NCBI GenBank assembly: GCA_965231065.1
Contig: OZ246410.1
Coordinates: 323,046 to 387,045 of the forward strand
Length of the DNA stretch: 64,000 nucleotides
Reading direction: 5' to 3'
Source of the DNA: an uncultured Methanosarcinales archaeon
GTDB lineage: Archaea; Nanobdellota; Nanobdellia; Woesearchaeales; UBA10107
The notes beneath the pieces were generated by a model. That model saw only the letters and a program-made list of their open reading frames with translations. It did no database searches and was not told the origin of the DNA. Every line of letters begins with the position of its first letter. Position 1 is the first letter of the stretch. Positions 28,641-36,390 of the stretch are shown piece by piece. Both the position numbers and the translations under genes were made by a program.

Positions 28641-29342
28641 ATGACTAAAGCAAGCGCAACAGCACAGAAATATATTGATAATATCGTGAAGGCTGAGGTA
28701 CCTACTGAACAGGTCACTCCGAATTTCTATTCAGCATTAAGAAATTTCCATTCAAAAGGCGCAATCCCTGACGGGTATGCAGGCAATGCATATTCTAATC
28801 GGGATTTAGTTGAAACTGATTTGAAGAAAGGTAAGAAATTGAAACGAGAACACCTCGGAAAGACAGTTGAAGTTCTTGAAGCACTTGTTAAAGAAGGAGC
28901 TAATTTTGGTAATCTCGAAACAGACGATTCATACTTAGAGAAAATAAACAAAGAATCACGATATATTTTCATGCCACAGAAGAATTACAAATCAATGATT
29001 ATCGGATTCCTTGCAGGAGCTGTAATCGGCGCAGCAGGTTCGCTTGGTATTGAAGATATGATCAATCATTACAAACACGCACCGGTTGTTGTACAACCAG
29101 TTGTTGAACCAACAGCTATTCCAACTGCTGTACCAACACAAGTGCCAGTAAAGAGTACTTACGTTAAACCAACAAAGGTTCCAACGAAGCATATCGAACA
29201 TACTGTTGTAAAACCAACACCAGTTGTTGAACAACCAAAACCAACTCCTAAGCCACAGCCAACAGCAACTCCAATTCCAGCAGCACCAGCAGGTGGAAAG
29301 AAGAAACTTGGCGGAAGCGCACAAGAGGCTCCTGATTTGTGA
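28641..29342 (+). CDS. Bitopic membrane protein with cytoplasmic N-domain, single TM helix and Pro/Thr/Val-rich extracellular tail
   Basis: 233 aa; TM helix MIIGFLAGAVIGAAGSLGI; C-terminal PT-rich low-complexity region. First gene of an operon with 11-13 nt intergenic spacers. Confidence 0.5.
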   Translation: MTKASATAQKYIDNIVKAEVPTEQVTPNFYSALRNFHSKGAIPDGYAGNAYSNRDLVETDLKKGKKLKREHLGKTVEVLEALVKEGANFGNLETDDSYLEKINKESRYIFMPQKNYKSMIIGFLAGAVIGAAGSLGIEDMINHYKHAPVVVQPVVEPTAIPTAVPTQVPVKSTYVKPTKVPTKHIEHTVVKPTPVVEQPKPTPKPQPTATPIPAAPAGGKKKLGGSAQEAPDL

Positions 29343-29353
29343 GGTAACAAACA

Positions 29354-31099
29354 ATGAAAACACTAAAAAACATAATCAACGCAATTCCAATCGTAGCAGC
29401 TACAATGCTGCCGTTTGAATTGTATGCAGCATCAATACCAGGAAGAGTATTGGCACCAGCAACCGCGACAGCCGTAGCTACACCAGTCGCTAGCCCAACA
29501 GCTATCGCAACACCGGTCGTAGAAGCGAAATCTAATACAGCAAACGCTCAGAAAGCAACAAAGGAGAAGACTTCTAAGAAAGCAAAGAAGCTCGTCTTCC
29601 CACCTGAAGCTTTGACTGATCTATCTATCCTTGTAAATGATGAACCAGTCACTGTCAAGGATCTTAACATGGCATCAGGCCAGGAAACAATCTACATCAT
29701 GGACAACAACGGCGATAAGAAAATCGGCGGACTATTGTCTGATTACGTCGCATTCTTCACAGGAAGCGAAGATCCAAACAAATATGTCTGGAGTCTTACA
29801 GAACATGATTCTGATTACAATAAATTGAGAACTCTTTCATTCTCTAACAGACAGATGAAAGGTTCAATCATAGAGGCATTGACAAGTTTCCCTCTTGACC
29901 CTCAGAAGATATACGCATTGTCTACTACTTTGAGCATCAAGAGAACCGGAAAGGATGTAAGCACTTCAAAACCACTTGTATTGAGCAGAAATCAGCTCGT
30001 AAAGATGGGTTTGCATAATGCTTTATTCGACAAGAAAAATTACATGGGAGCATCAAAAGAACTTGAGCAAGTCAATTTCGCTGATGTCCAGGGAGTTTAC
30101 TTAGTTCCATCAACCGCACTTTTATCAGGCGGAGAAAAGAGATATGTATTCAAGGTAAAACCATTCGGCGCTACAGAAGAATCAGTCATACCGGATAAAA
30201 ACATGGTACGTGATGTTGAACTTACTTCTACAGCGACCAAAAATCCTAAAGTAAAGAAAGCGCTTGAAAATCTTTTAAACAGCAATCTAGACTCGGACAG
30301 CGACGATTCAGAAGGAAAGACAGCAAACTGGATGAAATCAAAGTACGGATCTGTGAATATCGGATTGACTAATCTATCTGATCATATCACGACTACAAAA
30401 TCAGACGGCAAAGTAAGCACTGTTCAGAATGAACAGTCATACACAGGCCGAGGACTTGTTGTCAAGATGGACGGACAGTACAAGTTCAAACCAGTCATCG
30501 CACGAGGCGGACTTGAAGCAGACTTGATGAATTTCAAAGATTATGATCGAACACAAGTGAGCGGACATGCTACTCTTGATAGAAATATCAACAGCAAAAC
30601 GATGCTTGGCTTGGGAATCGCATACAGAAATGATTCTGTAGACAACTTCGCGCTTGGCGATGGTTATGTCGGCACAGCTCATGTCTCGGCGATCGGTCCA
30701 CGACTTGAAGCTGTCAATCAGCGAGGAAGTTCAAAGATGACCGGCTCATTGGAATTATTGAATGGAAATCGAGAGACTACAGTCTCAAATCCAGCATATC
30801 CAGCACTTGCATTCACAAAGACTGGCGAATACCATGCGACAAACATCGGTGTCGGTTACCAGCAAGCACTTGGTCATGGAATGGATTACTCAGTAGAAGG
30901 AATCTTCACACCATACAGCGAGAACGGCAAGGATAAATCCTATGCGCAGGCACAAGGAACATTCAGCTATGTCAAGAATGTCAAGAAGATGCCAGTAGAA
31001 GCTAAACTTTCACTTGGCTACGGACGACAGACTGGCGGATACGATTCATTCAAGAAATCAAGAACGAATATCGGTCTTGGTGTCGGAACTCGATTTTAA
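29354..31099 (+). CDS. Secreted protein with Ala/Thr/Pro linker and a C-terminal beta-barrel-like domain ending in a Phe-terminal beta-signal
   Basis: 581 aa; N-terminal hydrophobic segment; the roughly 240 C-terminal residues are Gly/Tyr/Thr-rich with alternating hydrophobic periodicity; last strand NIGLGVGTRF-COOH. Confidence 0.5.
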   Translation: MKTLKNIINAIPIVAATMLPFELYAASIPGRVLAPATATAVATPVASPTAIATPVVEAKSNTANAQKATKEKTSKKAKKLVFPPEALTDLSILVNDEPVTVKDLNMASGQETIYIMDNNGDKKIGGLLSDYVAFFTGSEDPNKYVWSLTEHDSDYNKLRTLSFSNRQMKGSIIEALTSFPLDPQKIYALSTTLSIKRTGKDVSTSKPLVLSRNQLVKMGLHNALFDKKNYMGASKELEQVNFADVQGVYLVPSTALLSGGEKRYVFKVKPFGATEESVIPDKNMVRDVELTSTATKNPKVKKALENLLNSNLDSDSDDSEGKTANWMKSKYGSVNIGLTNLSDHITTTKSDGKVSTVQNEQSYTGRGLVVKMDGQYKFKPVIARGGLEADLMNFKDYDRTQVSGHATLDRNINSKTMLGLGIAYRNDSVDNFALGDGYVGTAHVSAIGPRLEAVNQRGSSKMTGSLELLNGNRETTVSNPAYPALAFTKTGEYHATNIGVGYQQALGHGMDYSVEGIFTPYSENGKDKSYAQAQGTFSYVKNVKKMPVEAKLSLGYGRQTGGYDSFKKSRTNIGLGVGTRF

Positions 31100-31112
31100 T
31101 AGGTAAACTACA

Positions 31113-32774
31113 ATGAAAATGAAAAGCATTTTTTCAATTATTTTCGCACTGGTGTTAGTAGCTACGTCTGCATTCGCAGCTGGTTACGTAACACTGAACA
31201 ATGATGCGTCAGCATCAAAGGATCTTACTTGCACAGTAAGCCCTGCAACATCAGGATTGAGCTACATCTGGACCAAGAACGGTCAGTCAGTAAACCCTGA
31301 TGATGTTTCTGAATCACAATATGTCATTCCAGCGTCAAAGTTGACACGAGGAGACACATGGCGATGCGAAGCAGTCAAAGACCTTGGATATGACCTTGGA
31401 GAATTCTCCTACGGTTATGATTCAGCGGTCATTGTAAACGCAGCACCTCAATTTACTTCAGCACCGGTACTTTCAGTAGTTACAGGAAGCGCCTATGTAT
31501 ACGATTCAAACGCAGTCGATGGAGACGGCGATGTACTCACCTATTCATTAACGTCAGCACCAGTAGGCATGACTATCAATCCAAACAATGGTTTGATCAC
31601 ATGGACTGCAGGATCTCCAGGTCCATACGGAGTATCAATCTCTGTCACAGACGGTTCTGCTACTGATGTACAAGCATTCACAATCACAGTAACTCCAAGT
31701 GCAGGAATACTTCCTGTCACAGCGATCGCAACACCGAATTCAGGAAGCGTGCCGTTGAATGTAGCATTCAGCACAACTATTGTCGGCGGAACAGCACCAT
31801 TCACCTACGCATGGGATTTCACGAATGACGGAACATATGATTCATTGGCAGCAACGCCTACACATACATACAGTACTGCAGGCACTTACACAGCGCTTGT
31901 ATTAGTCTCAGATTCAATGGGATTAGTCGGCACTGACACAGTAACGATCACGGTCAACCCAGTCTCAGGACCAGGAGCGCCAGTCTTTACGACTACTTCA
32001 TGCCCTGACGCAAAAGTTGATGAAGCGTACACTTGCGATATCAACGCGAATGGAAATGGAACTGTGACATTTAGTTTAGTTTCAGGACCAAGCGGCATGA
32101 CTATCAATAGCACTACAGGAATTGTTTCATGGACACCATCAACTGATGGTTCTGTCTCATTCACTGTCAGAGCGACTGCAGGCATCTTGTCAACCGACAA
32201 GACATACACAATCGATGTCAATGGCAATGCTGCGAGTCAGGATGACTTGTTTGTAGACGACATCGTTTTCAGCGTAGAACAATTCTACGAAGGAGACACA
32301 CTTGATGCTCTTGTTACGTTAGAAAACCAAGGAAATGACAGATTCAATGACTTGAAAGTCACTATGTCTATCGATGATCTTGGCCTTGAAGCAAGTACTG
32401 CAAAGTTCGACTTACGAGACGGTGAGAAAAAGACAGAGGAAATCACTCTGGACTTACCAGCATCTGTAGCAGAAGGTAATTACATGGTCAAGTTTGTCAT
32501 CAGCAATGATGATGTACGATTGGTCAGATACCAACAGATCTTCATACATGGAAGTTCTGCAACAGCTAAGAATGTTCAGGTTGTTTTCAACCCAAGCATC
32601 ACAGCATCAGCACCGGTTGAGCAGAAGTCATCTATCAATTGGCTTGGAATCTGGTTCATGGTATTGCTTATCTTGATACTTTTGGCTGTCTCAGCATACT
32701 TAGTACGCAAGGCACGAGAAGGTACTCAACAGAAAGAAGTAAGCATTATTGCTTTAGATAATGAACAGATTTAA
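31113..32774 (+). CDS. Surface adhesin-like protein: signal peptide, Ig-like/cadherin-like domains, PKD domain, CARDB-like domain, C-terminal TM anchor
   Basis: Signal MKMKSIFSIIFALVLVATSAFA; PKD signature PLNVAFSTTIVGGTAPFTYAWDFTNDGTYDS; C-terminal WLGIWFMVLLILILLAVSAYLV followed by a basic tail; many N-x-S/T sequons. Confidence 0.65.
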   Translation: MKMKSIFSIIFALVLVATSAFAAGYVTLNNDASASKDLTCTVSPATSGLSYIWTKNGQSVNPDDVSESQYVIPASKLTRGDTWRCEAVKDLGYDLGEFSYGYDSAVIVNAAPQFTSAPVLSVVTGSAYVYDSNAVDGDGDVLTYSLTSAPVGMTINPNNGLITWTAGSPGPYGVSISVTDGSATDVQAFTITVTPSAGILPVTAIATPNSGSVPLNVAFSTTIVGGTAPFTYAWDFTNDGTYDSLAATPTHTYSTAGTYTALVLVSDSMGLVGTDTVTITVNPVSGPGAPVFTTTSCPDAKVDEAYTCDINANGNGTVTFSLVSGPSGMTINSTTGIVSWTPSTDGSVSFTVRATAGILSTDKTYTIDVNGNAASQDDLFVDDIVFSVEQFYEGDTLDALVTLENQGNDRFNDLKVTMSIDDLGLEASTAKFDLRDGEKKTEEITLDLPASVAEGNYMVKFVISNDDVRLVRYQQIFIHGSSATAKNVQVVFNPSITASAPVEQKSSINWLGIWFMVLLILILLAVSAYLVRKAREGTQQKEVSIIALDNEQI

Positions 32775-32832
32775 TACTAAAATAACCGTTAAATCACAAC
32801 AGATAGTTACTACTCACGAATAAGAAAATAAA

Positions 32833-32847
32833 CGAAAGGTTTATATA
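32833..32847 (+). promoter_or_regulatory. Consensus BRE/TATA promoter (CGAAAGGTTTATATA), copy 2
   Basis: TTGGGGG element about 30 nt downstream of the TATA, a GGAGG RBS, and the ATG at 32922. Confidence 0.6.
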
Positions 32848-32921
32848 CAAGCTATCGGTACAGAGTGTAACTTTGGGGGTTTTTAGACGAACACATTCAT
32901 ATTGTTTGGAGGAACATAACA

Positions 32922-34217
32922 ATGAGTAAAACACTAAAGGCATTCGGAATTGTCGCTATGCTATTCTTAGCTCTCGTAGGAGCAGTAGCAAGCGCTAACG
33001 CTACCCTGGACCCACTAGGCGTACAGGTACTAGACGTAAAGGTAAATGGAGATTCTTTAAACGCTAATCAAGCAGTAAAGACTCAATTCGACAGAAATTC
33101 CGATCTTGATGTCAAGGTTCAGCTCCAAACAGACAGCAATACAACGGTTAATGATGTCGAAGTCACCGTATTCTTAACAGGAACGAAGGACGACATTTCA
33201 AAGACATCAACACCATTTGATGTTGCACCAAGCACTATCTATACAAAGTCATTCACATTGACTCTTCCGCAACGGGTCGATGCAGGTCAGTACCAACTAC
33301 GAGTTGTCGTCGCAAGTCCAAATAGCGACACTATCACATATGAGTACCCACTCGATGTTGCACCAGTCGATCATAGCATCGCAATCAAGGAAGTAACATT
33401 CTCGCCAAACGATAAGGTATTGGCAGGACGAGCTTTCACTGCAGTCGCACGATTGAAGAACTACGGTCAGAAGACTGAAAACGATGTCAAAGTCGTAGCA
33501 AGTATCCCAGAACTAGGCGTTTCTGAGACAGACTACATCAATCAGATTGACGCAGACGAAACAGTATCATCTGAAGAGATGCTATTACGAATCCCAGCAA
33601 ACACAAAGACTGGCGATTACAACGTTGAAGTCTCTGTCTTTTACGATGATTACGATGTGAAGACTAAATCAGTCTACACAATGCATGTAGAAGGCGATGA
33701 TAATGCTGCTCAGGCAATGGGAAGCGCATCAGGTAAGACAGTTGTTTCTGTCGGTGTCCAGGCGCAGTCAGTTGCACGAGGAGAAAACGGTGTCATCTAC
33801 CCGATCACAATAACAAACAACGCAAACACAGCGAAGACATACACATTCGCAGTATCAGGCGCAAGCGACTGGGCAACAGTCAAGATCAGCCCATCAAATG
33901 TCGTCATCCTGAATGCAGGCGAAACAAAGCAAGTGTACGTTTATGTCGCAGCTAATGAAAACGCAGCTGTCGGTGAACGAGTCTTCGGCCTTGATGTGAA
34001 AGCTGGCAACGATGTTGTCCAACAGATCCCATTGAAGGCAGATGTGCTTGAATCAGCAAAGAGCAACTGGAGCGGCTTCAAGAGCATCTTGCAGATCGCA
34101 GTCATCTTGCTGATTGTGCTTATCGTCGTCTTGGGTATTGTTATCGCATACCAGAAGAAGATGAAAGGCGCTGACAACAAAGTAGAGAATGAGCAGATCG
34201 CTCAGACGTACTACTAA
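32922..34217 (+). CDS. Cell-surface protein with repeated CARDB/Ig-like domains and C-terminal TM anchor (S-layer or sheath protein candidate)
   Basis: Signal MSKTLKAFGIVAMLFLALVGAVASA; beta-rich repeats; C-terminal ILQIAVILLIVLIVVLGIVIAY plus basic tail; strong promoter; oligo-T terminator after the stop. Confidence 0.55.
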   Translation: MSKTLKAFGIVAMLFLALVGAVASANATLDPLGVQVLDVKVNGDSLNANQAVKTQFDRNSDLDVKVQLQTDSNTTVNDVEVTVFLTGTKDDISKTSTPFDVAPSTIYTKSFTLTLPQRVDAGQYQLRVVVASPNSDTITYEYPLDVAPVDHSIAIKEVTFSPNDKVLAGRAFTAVARLKNYGQKTENDVKVVASIPELGVSETDYINQIDADETVSSEEMLLRIPANTKTGDYNVEVSVFYDDYDVKTKSVYTMHVEGDDNAAQAMGSASGKTVVSVGVQAQSVARGENGVIYPITITNNANTAKTYTFAVSGASDWATVKISPSNVVILNAGETKQVYVYVAANENAAVGERVFGLDVKAGNDVVQQIPLKADVLESAKSNWSGFKSILQIAVILLIVLIVVLGIVIAYQKKMKGADNKVENEQIAQTYY

Positions 34218-34340
34218 TTTTTTTAATTTTCTTTTAATTAAAATTTATTTTTTATGATCCCAACCTTTCTCACATTGTTGTTAGAATCAATCTTTAGTTA
34301 TGTGAAAGAATTTCTTAAATAAAATAAAAATAATGAGCAA

Positions 34341-34505
34341 TTACTTGCTCATCAATCCACTATGTGAGCCCTTAACGTGCTGCCATAGCTTTTTTGTCAT
34401 CATTGAAGGGACTAATTTTCCTGAACCGAAGACGTCTTTCATTGAACATCCGCACTTCGCGAAAGAAACAGTCATTCCTCCGAATGGTACTCGTTTTCCT
34501 GCCAT
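34341..34505 (-). CDS. Unannotated small protein (54 aa, Cys-containing) with its own promoter and RBS
   Basis: My translation is MAGKRVPFGGMTVSFAKCGCSMKDVFGSGKLVPSMMTKKLWQHVKGSHSGLMSK. On the minus strand: a BRE/TATA (CGAAACATATATAAAG) about 55 nt upstream of the ATG, and a GAGAGGTGA RBS 8-10 nt upstream. Below the 60-aa track cutoff; the antisense 64-aa plus ORF looks spurious. Confidence 0.4.
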   Translation of the reverse strand: MAGKRVPFGGMTVSFAKCGCSMKDVFGSGKLVPSMMTKKLWQHVKGSHSGLMSK

Positions 34506-34640
34506 ATTGTTTTTCACCTCTCTGTAATTGTCTATCTACGTCCTAAAAAGCCTGTTTTCTTTATATATGTTTCGCATTTTTACCTCTAAAAACGCTCTCA
34601 TTTACCTCTAAGAATCAAAAGTGTTTTTCTTCAGGAGTGA

Positions 34641-35606
34641 CTAATTACGAGGGAAAATAAGACTGAATTCAGTGAGATATTTCTCAGCTAATGCAGGACT
34701 GTCGATGATCAACAGGTTCTCATCGTTATTGGTATCGCCATTCAGGGTAGGATTCATCGAGCCGGTGATCACATAGCGATGGTCAACAACGAATACTTTG
34801 TGGTGCATATTGCCTTTATTGTTGTCCCACTTTACCATGATGCCGGCGTCAGCAAGTTTCTTGAACTGAGAATACTGACTGCTTTGGGTTTTCTCCATAA
34901 TGCCCTTCACAATGACATTCTCTTGCTTTTTCTTGACCAAAAGATCTCCGATTTCGTTATGGGTGAATGAAAAGGTCATGAAATAGATGCTTTCCTGCGC
35001 CGTATCGAGCGTATACAGCGCTTTATTGGCGCACCAGTCTTCAGGACAGAAGTATACTTCGATATGTTCGTCGTTCAGATAGAACTCATTGTGCAACGAT
35101 TTCGCTCCGCCGGAGAATGTTCCTGCATGCAACTCTTCAAATTCATCAGTATAGGTCTGCGCTATGTTCTTTGAGCGGATTATCAGTAGATTATTGTCAT
35201 TCAATTCAGTATCACGGAGTGTCGGGTTCATGGAACCGGTAATGACTATCTCATTATCCAGAATGCAGAACTTATTGTGCATCTGCGAGTACTTGGAGTC
35301 GATGACCGCATGCATCTCACTTCTATTCGAGCTTTGATCATCCAGTACGAGTTCTGCTTTTTTGTTATTTAGAATAGTTATGACCTCTGGAATGTCAACA
35401 TCGTATAAAGCGCACTTGATGTCAGTCGCATTCAGCAGATATGAGGAGAATATGCTTCTGCAATTTTCTCCTGGACAAAAATGTACCTCTGGTGCAGGAC
35501 CGTACTCCTTTAGTACTGGAGCTGAAGCACTGCTGGTAACTATGTTGCCAGTCGTGGGACAAGCCGTGAGAATAAATAACACAATAATAAGTAGCTCTTT
35601 TTTCAT
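34641..35606 (-). CDS. Secreted phospholipase D-family protein with two HKD motifs (PLD/Nuc-like)
   Basis: Signal peptide MKKELLIIVLFILTA; HNKFCILDNEIVITGSMN and HHKVFVVDHRYVITGSMN (HxK(x)4D(x)6GSxN, twice). Confidence 0.7.
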   Translation of the reverse strand: MKKELLIIVLFILTACPTTGNIVTSSASAPVLKEYGPAPEVHFCPGENCRSIFSSYLLNATDIKCALYDVDIPEVITILNNKKAELVLDDQSSNRSEMHAVIDSKYSQMHNKFCILDNEIVITGSMNPTLRDTELNDNNLLIIRSKNIAQTYTDEFEELHAGTFSGGAKSLHNEFYLNDEHIEVYFCPEDWCANKALYTLDTAQESIYFMTFSFTHNEIGDLLVKKKQENVIVKGIMEKTQSSQYSQFKKLADAGIMVKWDNNKGNMHHKVFVVDHRYVITGSMNPTLNGDTNNDENLLIIDSPALAEKYLTEFSLIFPRN

Positions 35607-36163
35607 TGGATCGCTTTCTTGAACTCTGCTGCTGATTTTGTCAAGCCAAAGACAGCACTGGGATACTTCTTCTGTATCTTTTCGACTGTCTCATCCTTTT
35701 TCATATCTTCGAACGGTATCTGTAGTATCTGCGCCGCCTGTTTGAGTTCTTTTGATGAGACAGACTTGAATATCTTGACAAATTTCTGAGTACTTCCAAT
35801 AACAGCGAAGTTTGGTTTTGATTTTGTTAACTCTTTGTAGAACTGTTCTGCTTCATCATCAGCAGTCCAAGGCACGACGATCTTATCATACTGCGGAAAA
35901 TCCTTCATTAACACACTTTTATCGTATTCGTCTGTTGATTCTGTCACTTTCAATGGCATTCCTTCAACAATCTTATCAAAGAATAGCTTCGCTAATGCAC
36001 CAAACACTAGCACCCGTTCGTCTTTCTTGAATGGAGTATCGGCTCTGATCTCTTTCTTTACTCTGTTGGTCATTATCTCAATGAAGCAGTCGTTGCAGAC
36101 ATCCCCGTTGGGATACTTTACAGTCGCTTCATTGGCACACTTAAAACATTTCATTATCTTCAT
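35603..36163 (-). CDS. Zinc-ribbon protein resembling the N-terminal region of TtuA/NcsA-type PP-loop ATPases but with a degenerate PP-loop
   Basis: MKCFKCANEATVKYPNGDVCNDCFIEIMTNRVKKEI...ERVLVFGALAKLF. The CxxC...CxxC plus helix pattern aligns with the TtuA N-terminus, but the position of SGGKDS reads FGALAK; 186 aa. Confidence 0.3.
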   Translation of the reverse strand: MKIMKCFKCANEATVKYPNGDVCNDCFIEIMTNRVKKEIRADTPFKKDERVLVFGALAKLFFDKIVEGMPLKVTESTDEYDKSVLMKDFPQYDKIVVPWTADDEAEQFYKELTKSKPNFAVIGSTQKFVKIFKSVSSKELKQAAQILQIPFEDMKKDETVEKIQKKYPSAVFGLTKSAAEFKKAIQ

Positions 36164-36256
36164 TGAAAGCCTCTCCTTTATTTCTCTATTTATTTTCTAT
36201 ATAGTAAATATTTAATCTATTCGTGTTATTTTTACCATTCTTAAATGGTAAAAGAA

Positions 36257-36272
36257 CGAAAGCTTTATATAT
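36257..36272 (+). promoter_or_regulatory. Consensus BRE/TATA promoter (CGAAAGCTTTATATAT), copy 3, with no downstream ORF
   Basis: Same cassette as copies 1 and 2, including the TTGGGGGCAGGTTTT element about 30 nt downstream; it sits in the intergenic region between two minus-strand genes. Confidence 0.5.
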
Positions 36273-36294
36273 GACTTTATTTTTCTTATAGTAT

Positions 36295-36370
36295 TGGGGG
36301 CAGGTTTTATTCTCATAGTCTATCACCTCTTTTCCCTAGCAAATGCCTTTACCGGCATTTGCGAAGGGTT
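36295..36370 (+). ncRNA. Candidate small RNA: promoter-proximal transcript with a 9-bp perfect hairpin (GCAAATGCC-tttacc-GGCATTTGC), extended by CCC/GGG
   Basis: Orphan consensus promoter; longest plus ORF downstream is 13 codons; strong stem-loop at about 36334-36368 followed by TTT. Confidence 0.3.
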
Positions 36371-36390
36371 TAATTCATCAATAGAAACAA

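Noticed and set aside
29030-29300. Apparent DNA repeat in the Pro/Thr/Val-rich tail of ORF 28641-29342
   Set aside because: Codon-level low complexity (PT(V/K)VPT) rather than a tandem-repeat element or CRISPR-like array; no regular spacer/repeat periodicity.
28992-29363. 123-aa minus-strand ORF rich in Trp/Cys (WCCWNWSCCWLW...)
   Set aside because: It is the antisense reading of the Pro/Thr-rich codons (CCA/ACA repeats) of the plus-strand membrane protein; a compositional artefact.
34333-34527. 64-aa plus-strand ORF in the intergenic region after the CARDB protein gene
   Set aside because: No promoter or RBS; the opposite strand carries a BRE/TATA plus RBS plus 54-codon ORF, which I favour (still unproven).
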